A DNA stretch of 64,000 bases from Dipteris shenzhenensis. Taxonomy: Eukaryota. This document shows, piece after piece, positions 13,842-25,949 of this stretch (position 1 is its first letter; each line of letters starts with the position of its first letter). The DNA lies in the NCBI GenBank assembly GCA_047967505.1, contig CM106538.1; one strand, given 5' to 3'. A program made the position numbers and the translations under genes. A model generated the notes under the pieces. The model was not told the DNA's origin, searched no databases, and saw nothing but the letters and a program-made list of their open reading frames with translations.

Positions 13842-16800
13842 TGTTCACTGATCTGTGCTTCAATAAAAACAATAATAAGGAAGAGACAAAATACATGGAA
13901 ATAGGTGAAAAGAAACATGCAACATCGACTTGCATACATAATAAAAGAAAAAACCAGAAGCTACGCCATCAAAGGTCTTTGGACCTTAAGGAGGCAAGAA
14001 ATCCACGTCATTCAAAGTCTTAACTTTGCCTTCCAAAAAGCCACATCACAATTTCTTTAACACCTCTCTCTTTACCAAGGTTACCTCTTCCTATCCAAGG
14101 TATCCCCAAGGTTCCCCAACCTTTTTAGTCTCGAGGATTTCAAATCAAAGGACTGATTAAATTTGACAATTTGGTGTGAGAGCGGAATCAAAAGGCAAGA
14201 TCATGAAGCAAACGAGCGAGTTGAGTAGTTTGGATTCAAATACCAAGACCTCTAACAAATAACACGAAAGTGGGCATCACATTTTTTCTCTCTATCATAA
14301 AGCTTTTTGCTTTATACTATCTGGAAAATTCTCATTTTTGTAATGAGGAGTTTAGAGAGAGAGAAAATGATTATGGAAAGTGAGGAAAGAGTGAGGAATA
14401 AAACTGGTGAAAACCAAGGTGAGCTACTTAGTTGAATTCTCCCCTTCCTAAGATATTTAGCTAATTGTCTCTTGACCTCATGTTCTTTCATTTGACTAAG
14501 TCTATATGATAGTTTACAAATAGGGGTAGATCCGGGAATTATGTCTATCTTATGATCTACTTCTCTCTCAAGGGGCAAACTGTCATGCAAATTTGATGGA
14601 AAAACATCTTCAAATTCGACCATTAAATCAATGAAAGAAGATTTATACTTTTTAACAATATCAAGAGAAAGTTTACTCTTTTCAAATATAGAAGAAATAA
14701 AATCACCAATAAAAGTAAGCTCACAAAGATATATCTCGCATTCTTCTTGGTGTAGAAGTCGTTCCAATTTCATCGAACAAATAATGGGAGAGTTGGGTAC
14801 ATCATGTTCTCCTTGAATCCAAAAGATCATACCGTCTTTTTAAAAACTTTAGTTATTAAATAACCCCTCTACGAAGACTATACGACCATTCTCGACCAAG
14901 AACAACATCTATCCTATCGAGATGCATAATTTGAAAATAGAAGACGTCTTGATAGCCTTAAATGTCCACCTCTACACCATGAATCATGTTGTCCAAAACC
15001 TTTTTAACACTGCCCCTTGCAAAGAGACTACAAATTTATGGGCACTTGGACTCTCAGGCAGCTTCAATTTCTTAGCTAATGAATGGTTTAAGAAATTGTA
15101 TATAGCACTATTATCAACCATAATTCTTACTTTTTGTCCCTTAATTTTTCCATGCATCCTCATTAAATCATGAGGATCAAAAGTGGGTTGCCACATTGTC
15201 AATGATAGGCAACACATGTGGATACTATCCTCATAATAAACCTCTACCCCAAGGTACTTTTTAGTGCCTTTAAGTGGAAAAATTGCACCGCATGTACTCG
15301 TTTATGTGGAGGTTATTTGGGGCTTTAGCTCCACCTGTTTGTTTCTTGGGCAATTCTAAGCAGCATTATTTTTACCCAAATACTTAAAGCAAAGATTTTC
15401 CTACTTGGCCTTTTCATAATCCTCTTTTTTCAAAGGAGGATAACTTTGTGTTTGGTTTCTTGGGGGACTATTGAGAAACAACCTTCTTAAAGTGTGTCTT
15501 CCCTTTAAGATTGAGAAATTTATTGAAACTAGAAACAAAATTAGTTTGTTTTAAAGTTCCAATTCTAGATTTCCCTGTAGTATCATCATATGTTTGGGCA
15601 TACTTGATGGTCTCCTCAAAAGGTTTTGGAAAAATTCCTTGTCACCTCAACCTTATAGGTGTATTTTAAATCCCTCATGATACATCTGATCCAATCACAA
15701 ACAACCACTAGGTTGGTTTAGGCAACCACTGACCTGCATTGTATGTAGCATGTGTATGATATACTCGTCCAACTTCTTGCATCCCATGCACTTTCTACAG
15801 ATGTTCTTATTTCATATCAAGATGATCATGCATTGCTTCTACTTTGCATCTAACAATTGGAGCCATGTTCGTCCTTTTAATTGACAACATCTTCAACATT
15901 GTGCCACTTTTTCAAGAACGCTTTTATGGCATCCTTGTTCCTTTCTTTTTCTTCCCCATTGAGAAATTAGAAAGGATAGGGAAAAAAATGGTAATATGCG
16001 ATAGTACATAGATTACTGAGCTTTGAATGAAATCACAATAGAAAATAAGTATCCTATGTCTCGCATTGATGAGCCCTTTTATTCATTGTAAGAGGCAAAA
16101 TATTACACTAAAATTGACTTAAGATCACGATATCACCAAGTGTGAATTAAAAAAGAGGATGTCCCTAAGACATCATTTCGTACTAGGTACGAGAATTATT
16201 GATTTAGAGTAATTCCATTTGGTTTAACAAATGCTCCAATAACTTTTATGACACTTATGAACAATCTCTTAAGGCAAGCTTTAGAATAATTTGTTGTATT
16301 ATCATTCGATGATATCCTTTATGTGTAGTAAAAAGAGGAAAAAGCACATGGAACATTTAAGAAAAGTGTTCCAATTGTTATCAGAGGTAACTCTCTTTTT
16401 GCTAAAAAGTCCAACTCTAAATTCTTTGCAAAAGAAGTGAAGTACTTTTGGGACATATCATATCCCAAGATGGGACTCGTATGAATCCTGAAAAGGTAAG
16501 AGCCATGTTGGAACGACTTCATCCTACAAACCTACAAGAATTACATGTACTCTTGGGTGTGTTTGGATGTTATAGGAGATTCATCCAAGATTATGCTAAG
16601 ATTGTTATTCCAATGATGAATCAGCTTAATAAGGAGATAGGAAGCACCTTCATACGGGATGAATCTTAAGAGAAGAGTTTTGAGAAGTTGAAAGTGACTA
16701 TAGCATCAACTCCTATCTTAAAGGTAGTGGATTTCAATCGACTGATTGTGGTTGAAACAAACGGCAATGATTTTGCTATGGAAGCAATACTTTTACAAAA

Positions 16801-18322
16801 GGGATCGACCAGTGTCTTTTGAAGAAAAAAGTTAGACCATGCCTAACGAAATTACTTGGCATTTGAGAAGGAACTGTATGCTATAGTTCATACTTTGAAG
16901 AAAGGAAGACACTATTTGTATTGTGCCAAATTTGAATCATTCTTTATCAAGAAAGCATTAAGTGGATTTGCAATCAACCAGAGCTTAAAGAAAGAAAAGT
17001 AGTTTGATATCCAATTGATACATCGAAAGGGAAAAATTAATGTGATAGTAAATTCCCTAAGCCGAATGCAATGGTTAATGAATTGAGTTTTACCTAATTT
17101 TAAAATGATTTGCTGGAGTCCTTGAAAGAAAAATATGAGTTTTATCTTCACTATTCTGAAATATGAAAAGCAAGTAAAAGAAGGGATCCAATGAGTCAAG
17201 GAGCTTTCATTGAGGAGCCAAATGAAAAAGGTAACACGACACAAGTTGGCAGTAAAGGAATCAAGCGAAAAAAATATAATATTGAATATAGCTACCTACT
17301 CTACAAGGGTAGAGTATGCGTTCCGTGTTATAATGAGATTGGGTGCCGAATTCTTTTTACGTATCGTGATAAATCCGAGTACTAGATACCCAAGAATTCA
17401 AAAGACATGCGCTTCTAAAAGACAATTCTTTTGGCCTGAAAAGATAAAGATGTCCAAGACTATGTATTGAAGTGCAAAAAATGCCAAGTCAATAAGACTA
17501 AACACCTTAAGATAGGAGGTCTCCTACATCCATTGGAGATACCATGTGGCAAATGGAAAACTATCTCGATGATTTTATTGTTAGATTACCTAGGACACAA
17601 AGAATATACGACTCACTGTGAGTAATTGTGGATCAATTGACCAAGATGGCTCACTTTATTCCAACCAATGAAGAGGTTAAAACCCCAGAATTAGCTAGGC
17701 TATTTGTGGAGCATATCTATAGATTATATGGACTACCAACCGATATTGTTACTAACCAGAATAGCAAATTTAACGACCACTTTGGAAGGACTATGTTAAT
17801 GAGGTTAGAAACTTCTTTGAATACGAGTACTGCAGATCATCCATAGAGTGATGGTCAAACTGAAAGGGTCAATCAGGTCACTGAGGATATGCTTCGAGCA
17901 TATGCAAGTAAATGGCGAACTAATTGGAAATAGTATTGCCCACGTTAGAATTTACATATCACAGTGCCAAGCATTTAACTCTAGGTTTTAGTCCATTCAT
18001 GATGATATATGGATTTCAACCTAGAGCGCCAATTGCAGTGGGTCTTAAAAAGAGAAGATTCAAGCAGCCAAAGACTTTCTTGAGAAAATCTTAAATTAGC
18101 TAAAGATAGGCTCAACATAGAGCAAGAAGTTATTCAAACCCACACTGTAGAAGGTTGGAGTTTGAACTAATGAGACTTGGGATACCCGAATCTTCAGAAT
18201 CCTTAATGATAAGTAAATGTCCAAGGTGTCTCCTAGGTATTATGGACCACTGATAATGAGTCCACTAGGTTAGGAGGTAAACACTTTGAAGCCCAAGCCC
18301 TCTTTTCGTGGGAATGTATCAC
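13842..18322 (+). mobile_element. Ty3/gypsy element: 5' LTR 13842-14168, PBS, gag-pol with internal inversion 14396-~15985, integrase, PPT; 3' LTR almost all deleted
   Basis: PBS-like TGGTGTGAGAGC at 14172; gag, protease (VDNSA) and RT start on minus strand; RT (FDDIL), RNase H, integrase (DQLTKMAHFIPT, DGQTERVNQ, RYYGP) on plus strand. Confidence 0.9.
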
Positions 18323-19569
18323 CAAGGCTCATTTCTTGAAGATTTTGTCTCAAAAACTTATAGTCCAATCTGCCATAAGCTTAATCAAAATCCACCTTTA
18401 TGAGGAAAATGTCTTGCTAAGTATACTTGGCGTTATTCATAGACTTCCCACAAGTCAATTCTGACCTCTCAAAAAGGTCCCAACCAGTTTATCATGATAT
18501 GTAGATCTTTTTTATGGGGAGAAACGAGCTCTAAGAGACCGGTCAGGTGGGCATTTTGCACTATTTAAAAAAAAGAGGGGGTTGGAAGTTATTAACTTTC
18601 AACTTGCTTCTCGCAAACTTTAGGCAACATGGGTTGTCAAAGCCATTCTGAATCTTGAAGAGATGTCGATTGAGCTCCTATTCAGAAACTTTCAATGGGT
18701 CAGACCAGTTAGGGAAGACAGGTGGAAGAACCTCCCTATGCTAGCAGCTATATCAAAACCTGTACCTTGCACCACCAAAGGAAGCTCCTTATGGGCTCAA
18801 TTGTTCTGATATGAGCATGGTCATAGACTCTATATGGTTTTCAGCTATCTTCAAAATTGGTCAGCTTAGTAATGAGAGTGTTCCTCAGGCTTGGTTTTTT
18901 TTCAAAAATGGGTTGCAGGTATGGGGTCATCTATGGCATAAAGCTGCGCTTAAGTGTGAAAAATGATCAAACATTACACGGAATTTTGGGATTAATAATG
19001 GAGACAAGGAGCTTGTCTGTCAAAGGTTGAGTCTGTGGATAAGGAGTGATATATGAAGGGGATGATCCCAGCTCATTTTCAGTAAAGAATTCAGGTGAGC
19101 AGGCAGGAACCCGTTTCTCCCTATACCCACACCCAAAGACGATGCCATTGGGTTGATTAGAACTCTCAATGTGAAATGGCCTAGATCAAACTCCACATTC
19201 TCGAGGCATTAGCAGATTTCAAGACATATAGCATGTCAAAGAAAATGACAGTCCTTATGTGCTCATCTTGCACAAAGCTTGTTGGACAAACTCTAGGAGG
19301 TTTCTGTTTTTTTGGGAGGTTACCTCCCGGACTACCAATACGAATGTATTGGGAAGCCTTTTGGAGAGCAATGGTCTTTTCCCAGTTATATATGTATCTA
19401 TGCTTCAAGTACTTGCTGACAGAAAGGTAGAAGACATCTTGTAATATCCTTTCTATAATATATACATCACTCTTTTGCTCAAAGAGAAAAGAACAAATGG
19501 CTGAAGAGCTTAAAAACAGAAAATAACACCATTTCCATGAGCTACTAGTCATCAAGACATTGGAGGCAT

Positions 19570-19839
19570 TCAGTTCATTTGCTGCTCGTTATAAGCTGCC
19601 CTTAGCTTGGCTTCCAAAGCAACAGTGTGAGTATTCAACGTTGAAACTACAGCCTCAAGGTCACCGAGTTCTTGCTCAATCTCATCGATCTGTTCAGCAT
19701 ACTGTTGAACGCTATCATTCTTCAACTTCAGTCGCTCCACAAATACACGCAGACCTGCTGCAAAATCTCCAAATTCATTATACTCATCTGCTGTCCGCAG
19801 ATTCATTTTCTCAAGAAGTTCCAACACTGCATTGTTACC
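19570..19839 (-). CDS. BLOS2: BLOC-1 subunit 2, last coding exon
   Basis: GNNAVLELLEKMNLRTADEYNEFGDFAAGLRVFVE... matches plant BLOS2/BLOC1S2; acceptor gcatag| at 19841-19840; 270 nt, phase 0, ends at TGA. Confidence 0.93.
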   Translation of the reverse strand, partial: GNNAVLELLEKMNLRTADEYNEFGDFAAGLRVFVERLKLKNDSVQQYAEQIDEIEQELGDLEAVVSTLNTHTVALEAKLRAAYNEQQMN

Positions 19840-20224
19840 CTATGCACATGTAACAAAATAATCTGATCAGGAAACAACACCAATCTGATGGAAACACATA
19901 GCATGCTAATGCATGATAAAAAAAGTAACTTTTTTTTACTGGTGCAAAGAAAAAGCTTGACAGGAAGGAGTAAGTATCAATTGGATGAAATGCTGGCTTG
20001 GTCTGCTAGATTGACATCCTATGCTTGCATCATGTGGGATATAACATTTGTGTGATAAACCACCACATAAATGATAAACATAAGAAGATGGCAATCTGCC
20101 TATCTAAATCTCAAACTTGCTCTGAATTCGTACAATGTGATGAGAAAACAACAGGAAAATCCTATGAAAACAAGCAATCAAGAATAAAAAGCCTAGCATT
20201 TTAGCTACATTGTTAGTAACCAAC

Positions 20225-20470
20225 CTGAAGCTGGGACTGAACAAGAGTAGTAACATTCACAAAAAGGGAACGAAGAGCTGTAGCAAGAGGGTCCTGCTGC
20301 TTGTGCTGTTCTTGTTCTTGCACTTGCTCTCGCTCTCGCTCTCGTTCTTGCTCTTGCTCTTGCTCTCGCTCTTGCACCGATGCCTGACTATTTGCAGATG
20401 CTTCTTGATGCTCTTGCAAGGTAATTATTGTAGAGGGTTCCAAATGGCTCTCTTGTGGTGTCTCCACCAT
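20225..20470 (-). CDS. BLOS2: BLOC-1 subunit 2, first coding exon
   Basis: ATG at 20470; ends DPLATALRSLFVNVTTLVQSQLQ, homologous to the BLOS2 N-terminal helix; donor CAG|GTTGGT; joined model is 171 aa. Confidence 0.9.
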
Positions 20471-21014
20471 TTTGTAAGTATAAGAATGTTGTTACAAAGC
20501 TGCAAGAATAAAGGCTGTCAACAATCAGACCCACTCTGTCATTCCAGGTGCTATTTTCAAAAGGGATTACAGATAATGATAAATGATTCTGGGAAGCATA
20601 TCCTTCAAAAAGGAAGTTATATGCTCGTCTACTAGTAATACGCTACAGGAGTGTTGGCTACAGCACGCAACCTCCTCCTATTATTCTAACATTTAAATGA
20701 TTCTGAAATTCTTGCACTTGAGTTGATCGTATGGCGTAAAGATGTTCAAGGAAAAAAGGCATACTATTCAGAAGTATCTGCTTAAGTTTAAAAAGTGCCC
20801 CCCCGCTCAGTGAGGATCCTCCTCTTATTACTTTGTACAAGGAAGCTTGTTGATTGAGTATCTCCAAGTAGTCGGTGAGGACAACTGCTTCAGTGGCAGA
20901 GGAAATGTAAAATCCGGTTATACCAATACATATTCAATATTTTCCTGGATGTTTGGTATTTCCATATTTCCGTTGCTACGATAATGTTATTTTGTGCAAA
21001 CATTACTGACATTG

Positions 21015-21664
21015 TGTCAAGATTTCCTCTTTAGCAGGACTTTACCGACCATGATCTACAGCATAAGTTTGGAGAGTATACTCATATTTCAATGTGGACG
21101 TCAAACAATAGGGAGAAAGCCTACTCACTCTCTCTTTACTCACTAATAGCTGAACTGAAAGAATGATGCACTCAAACACAAGTGGAACTGTGGAGTGAGT
21201 GTGAGAATCTGAGGGAGGAATATAAAGGGGCTTGGGAGGAGGGAAATAATAACTGAATATCTGTCTACCCAATAGGACTAAATACATCTAAAAGAATAGG
21301 ACTGTATGCATGGAATAAACCTCACAGCAAAAGGAAAGGAAAGAATACTGAATAGAGGGAGATCCCTCACTGTAGAGCTGCAACTGAGGCCTGCTATGAG
21401 GCTGTTCCTATCTGCTGCTGTAACCAGACTGAACCGGACTGATGGAACCCGTGAAGAGGCGTGGAGAGGCTGCTGGTCTGCTGCTCCTGTCCTGCGCCTG
21501 AACTTGGCCTGAGGAACTACCCCTGGCTGAGTGCTAGAAGCCCTGAAGGATGGATGAAATGAAGGGCCAAGGGGCTGCCCTTATATATATCCCCCTTGGG
21601 CCCTAAACTGAGTCCCGACTGTATTGGCAGCACACTGAAGCTCCATAGGAGGACGAGGCTGACA
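21015..21664 (-). mobile_element. Solo LTR (650 bp)
   Basis: TGTCA...TGACA termini; 5-bp TSD cattg/tattg (one transition); TATATAAG on minus strand near 21585. Confidence 0.85.
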
Positions 21665-23092
21665 TATTGTAGAAGTGTTCAAGGGAGGTAGAAGGCAGCA
21701 CATGGAGGTGCCTATAGTCCACATCTAGGCAGCACATAGGCTGCTAGATGGTGGTACAGTGAGCACACCATTTTGTATTAGGGCTTGCTATTTTGTGCAG
21801 TCCATACTACACGTTTTAGTTGTTCACTAAATATTTCTCTATGACAGAGTGACATGTTTTTTGCATTGTGTGTACCCCAGGACAAGTCTTCCATTGCGGG
21901 GAGTTGGCTACAGCAAGTGGCTCTGTGTTTTTTTATATGGTATCGGAGTCAAGGAAGTAAACCCTCTGCATCAGAGCTCTTAGCATTGTTGCCCAAAGAG
22001 AGCACCTTTGGCTTGAAAGAAAGGTGATCTCAACTCAGGATCACAGAATTTGAGATTGACTTCAACATCTGAAGGAGAGGTACCTTTGTGAGAAGAAAGG
22101 CGACCTTGATTCAGATAAGTGTGCCTTTGTCAAGGAGGGATTCCCGAGTCTGTATCGATTGCATCTTTGTCAAGTTCTTCATTCCAATGTCTTCACGGAT
22201 GCCTTTTCCGAACTTGAGAGAGGGGGCCAAACTGGACTAGGACAATTACCCAATCTGGAAGGTGAAGCTACACCACCACATGGTGGCAAGGAATGCGTGT
22301 GGAAGGTGATGATAGGAGAGAAGGTGAAACCCTAGGACACATTGGATGCAACGGGAAAGATAGTAAAACTTGTAGACCATAAGTAGAAGATTGGGTGGAA
22401 AAGAATGTTGAGGAACTGTCTATGATTATTAGAACGACAGCAGTTGCAGTGATCCCTCATATCCAGTTGGCAAAACAAGCATGGGACATCTTGAAGGACC
22501 TGCACAAGATGAACAACTCTATGAGGATCCTTACCCTCGAGAATCCATTGTTCACGATGAGGATGCAGGAGTAAGATGCTATGCATGACCACCTCACGAG
22601 AGTGAAGCTAGTCAGGGATAAACTGGTAGCAATCATTCACAAGGTGAACCTGGTCCAGTTGCCAATGCTCGTATTGAATATGTTACCAAAAAGCTTCAGA
22701 ACATTTGTGATCAGCATTACGACTTCAGAAAGGACAAAGCCACTCACTTTGGAGGATCTGGGGGACATGGTGGTACAGGAGGAGGCCAGGGCGAAGATCT
22801 ATGATGGAGAAGGTGGCAAGGACAAGATCTTTATTGCGCAAAGCAAGGTAGATGACAAGTCTGACGAGATGACGACAAGTCCTTTGGTGGTGGAGGCAAG
22901 AAGAAGAGATGCTTCTACTACCATGAATCTGAACACTCTGCGAGAGATTGCAAAAAGAAGGTACCGGATCAAAAGAGTCCAAGCAAGACTCAAAAGGAGT
23001 GGTAACAAATGTGGAAAAGAAAAGCTTTTCTTGGTGACAACTCCAAGTACGCAAATCCAAGTAAAACAATCTTGATGTCTGAGACTGAGAGC
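21665..23092 (+). mobile_element. Ty1/copia 5' LTR part, PBS and gag; truncated at the protease motif
   Basis: PBS TGGTATCGGAG at 21938; gag DNYPIWK, DHLTRVKLVRDKL, LPKSFRTFV; decayed WYLDSGA-like codons at ~23070-23092. Confidence 0.85.
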
Positions 23093-24903
23093 TGGCAATT
23101 GAGCCAGAGGTACCCAGAACTTTTGTGAAGAGAGATGGCCATTGACCCAAAGGTACGAAGAACTTTTGTGAAGGTAGTTGCGCAAAAAACAAGGCTGACA
23201 CTACTAACATTGAGAAAGTGTCTTTGGAGGGGCTTCTAGGATGAGAGTCAAATGAGTGGACCCAGAGAACACTGAAGGTTGTTGTGCAATGTTCCACGTG
23301 AGTGCTGCAGGTGCCTCCGGGAGGTGCCCGCCTTGCTTTCTAGGCAAGCAACCAAATGAGTGGATCCAAGGGTATGTACATTCTCTATGCATTCATTCAG
23401 ACTTCAGCAAGTTGTTCCAGGTACAGTGTTTGCCTAGTTTTTCTCAAGTGGTGAGAGAATGCTAGACCAAGAGGAGCAGAATCTGCAGGCTCGAGGACTG
23501 AAGATCAAGGATGCCTTCAACTTGTTCCTAAGATGCATCGACAATTGGGTATAATCCCACGGTGGATTGATGAGAGATAGTGCTGGGATTTAGCAGTCAC
23601 CTCCCCACCTGTGATCCCAAATGAGGAGGACATGGGAGAGGAGGACATGTGCCAAGAAGGGGGGTCAAAGAGCAGCCATGTGAGCTGAATATGAGGACAC
23701 CCCTGGGATGGACTGAGAGAGGAATGCAGTAAGCAGAGGGCTGGCACAGGGGCAGCATGCAGGCGGTGGGCAGCAAGTACTGACTATATGGCTGGCAGTA
23801 TGGCTGTGACAGGCATTGTTACCAGGGAATGGGAACGTTTCGGGAACGTGGGGGGTCTGAACGGGAACGTGTTGGGAAGAGGGAACGGGGGAACGGGAAT
23901 GCCACGTCATCAAATCACATGGAAACATAACAAAATATGCTAAGAGTAACCAGATGTAGCAGCTCTAAGCTTTCCATTTCAGCTTTCGACTTTCACAAAC
24001 ACAAAATCTGTAGAAACCTGAAATATACATCAACGCAAATTGCAATGTGCATTGTGCAATGGGCAATGTGCATAAACTTTAAAGCTTTAAGCCTTGAGGC
24101 CCGAGAGCTTAGAGAGGGAGCTGAGTGGGCTGAGTGCTTGAGAGAGGGGGCTGAGAGGCTGAGTGGAAGGGGGTGGAGAGTGGTTGGAGAGGGCTTAATG
24201 CCCCCCGTCGGCGCCAAAACGGTGCTCTCGTGCAGCCCTAAACCCGGAACACCAGAGATCCAGCATGGAATGCGTTCCGGCCGCATTCCTGGAACATTTG
24301 GGAACATTTCCTAGGCATTCCCACTTCTGGGAACGTTCCCAGGCGTTCCCAGACGTTCCCGCACTGCCATCCACCTGGGAACGGCGTTCCCACATTCCAG
24401 GAAGACGGAATGCTGTTCCCTAGTAAATAAGCCCAGGATGGTTGTGGTTGTCTTCCACACGCGATCTGGTCGGCAGATCTGCGGGACAACTGCTCTATAT
24501 AAAGGCCCATTGGCCGGCCGTGGGGGGCGGAAAGAGGGGGGGGGGGGGGGGGGGTACCACTTCGCTAGTGCCTCACCTTTGGTTACAGACCGGGGCAGCA
24601 AGGAGGCCCAGGGACCACTAAGTAGTACATTCTCTTGGCAGCACCCCTTCAGCAGGAAGAAGAGCAGCAAGGAAGAGATTAGTAGCAGCATTTTGGCAGC
24701 GAACTGAAGCTAAATTGAAGCACAAGGATGATGTATGTTGGAAGGCTCTAGTCTGTAAACACCCTAAGTACCAAGGAGGATGGAGAGCGAGCTAAAGGTG
24801 ATTGGAATTTGTGTGGTCAGACTGTGACAAGTTTTGTAGTAGAGCAACACTAGTTTTTCTGCATCTCTATGTAGACGGAGCGTAGACCATAGACAACTTG
24901 ACA
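23093..24903 (+). mobile_element. LTR-like sequence ending CTTGACA (left boundary uncertain)
   Basis: TATATAAA at ~24496, G20 tract at 24535-24554, same CTTGACA terminus as the solo LTR at 21015. Confidence 0.5.
23814..24431. mobile_element. Non-autonomous TIR DNA transposon (MITE-like, possibly hAT)
   Basis: Imperfect 16-bp TIRs CATTGTTACCAGGGAA / TTCCCTAGTAAATAAG; clustered GGGAACG and CGTTCCC subterminal motifs; no convincing TSD. Confidence 0.7.
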
Positions 24904-25949
24904 AGCTGTACACCAGTCCTCAATTTTCTGATCTCAGATCCCGACTATAGCACATGGTAGGGATCTTCGTTTGGCAATGACTCTTGTATCGCATTATTTG
25001 TGTGTTCGCAAGTGCCCAAAACAAAGATTGCCCGCTATGGGCAGCAAGATGCCAAATTTCTTCAGTAATACAATTTATATACCTTTGTAAGACTGGAATA
25101 AGTCCAATCATACAAATTTAGATTTTTTGTTGTTCTAAAGATAAAAAATCTACACAGAAAATAAAAGAGAAAATGAAAGAGAAGAAAAAAGAGGTAAACA
25201 AAAACTTTTATGAAAAACAAAAGGAAGACATACTTAGCAAGCAAAGCAACACTTATGTCGTCATCAGTGCCCAAGCATAAGCAGCTATACTGGGTTTCTA
25301 AAGACCCACGGAGTCTCTTGGGCAAATCCAGTGCTTACTAAAATACGTCAAATAAACAAAAGAGAAAGAAAACAAGAAATAAAGAAGAAAGGAAGCAGGT
25401 GACTAAGCAATAAATAAACAAGCAAGTCAAGAAACAAAATCTTCCAAAAAGCTGGAATCTCTCTCTCTTATTTACAACATAAAAAGCTAAATGGCCTTTA
25501 CACTTTTGTATCGTTTCTACAAAGAGGCAAAAATACATTTCTAACAAGCATACTCAAACAAACTCTCTTTTGAAACGAAGATCATATAACAGACAATTTA
25601 ATCTATTCTTAACACCTTACATAAGTCTCCCTAACTCGTGCTTGATTACTTCGTACAAGAAGTTTGATGTGGGAAGTCAAACAAACATAGGTCCTTCAAT
25701 GACCGGTATGTGGGAGAAGAGAGTGATCAATTGATTGACTTTTATTTCTCCATGGACACAGAAACATGGTCTTCGGATCCGAAACAAGATGAAGGGGTCA
25801 TGTACCTTGAGTGCAGTAAGAACAAAAAATTTCTCACTACTTAAATCACGGTTATAGTTTGGCTTCCCTGCCAAACAAAAACACATCTGCCTGCAAATCA
25901 AGTCGCCCCTGAGCTGAAGGTTTAGGTCCCCACACAAGCCTCAGCATAC

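Larger units (their letters stand above)
11150..19497 (+). mobile_element. Highly degenerate L1 LINE ORF2, interrupted by LTR insertions (~12733-13555 and 13842-18322)
   Basis: Endonuclease-end and RT remnants at 11.2-12.7 kb and 13.56-13.84 kb; resumes ~18325 (GGLEV motif, C-terminal Cys/His region) and ends in a degenerate A tail at 19481-19497. Confidence 0.7.

Noticed and set aside
24920-25870. Peptide echo YSRDLRSEN versus YNRDLSSEK as a duplicated exon
   Set aside because: Nucleotide similarity is short and weak, and splice sites do not correspond.
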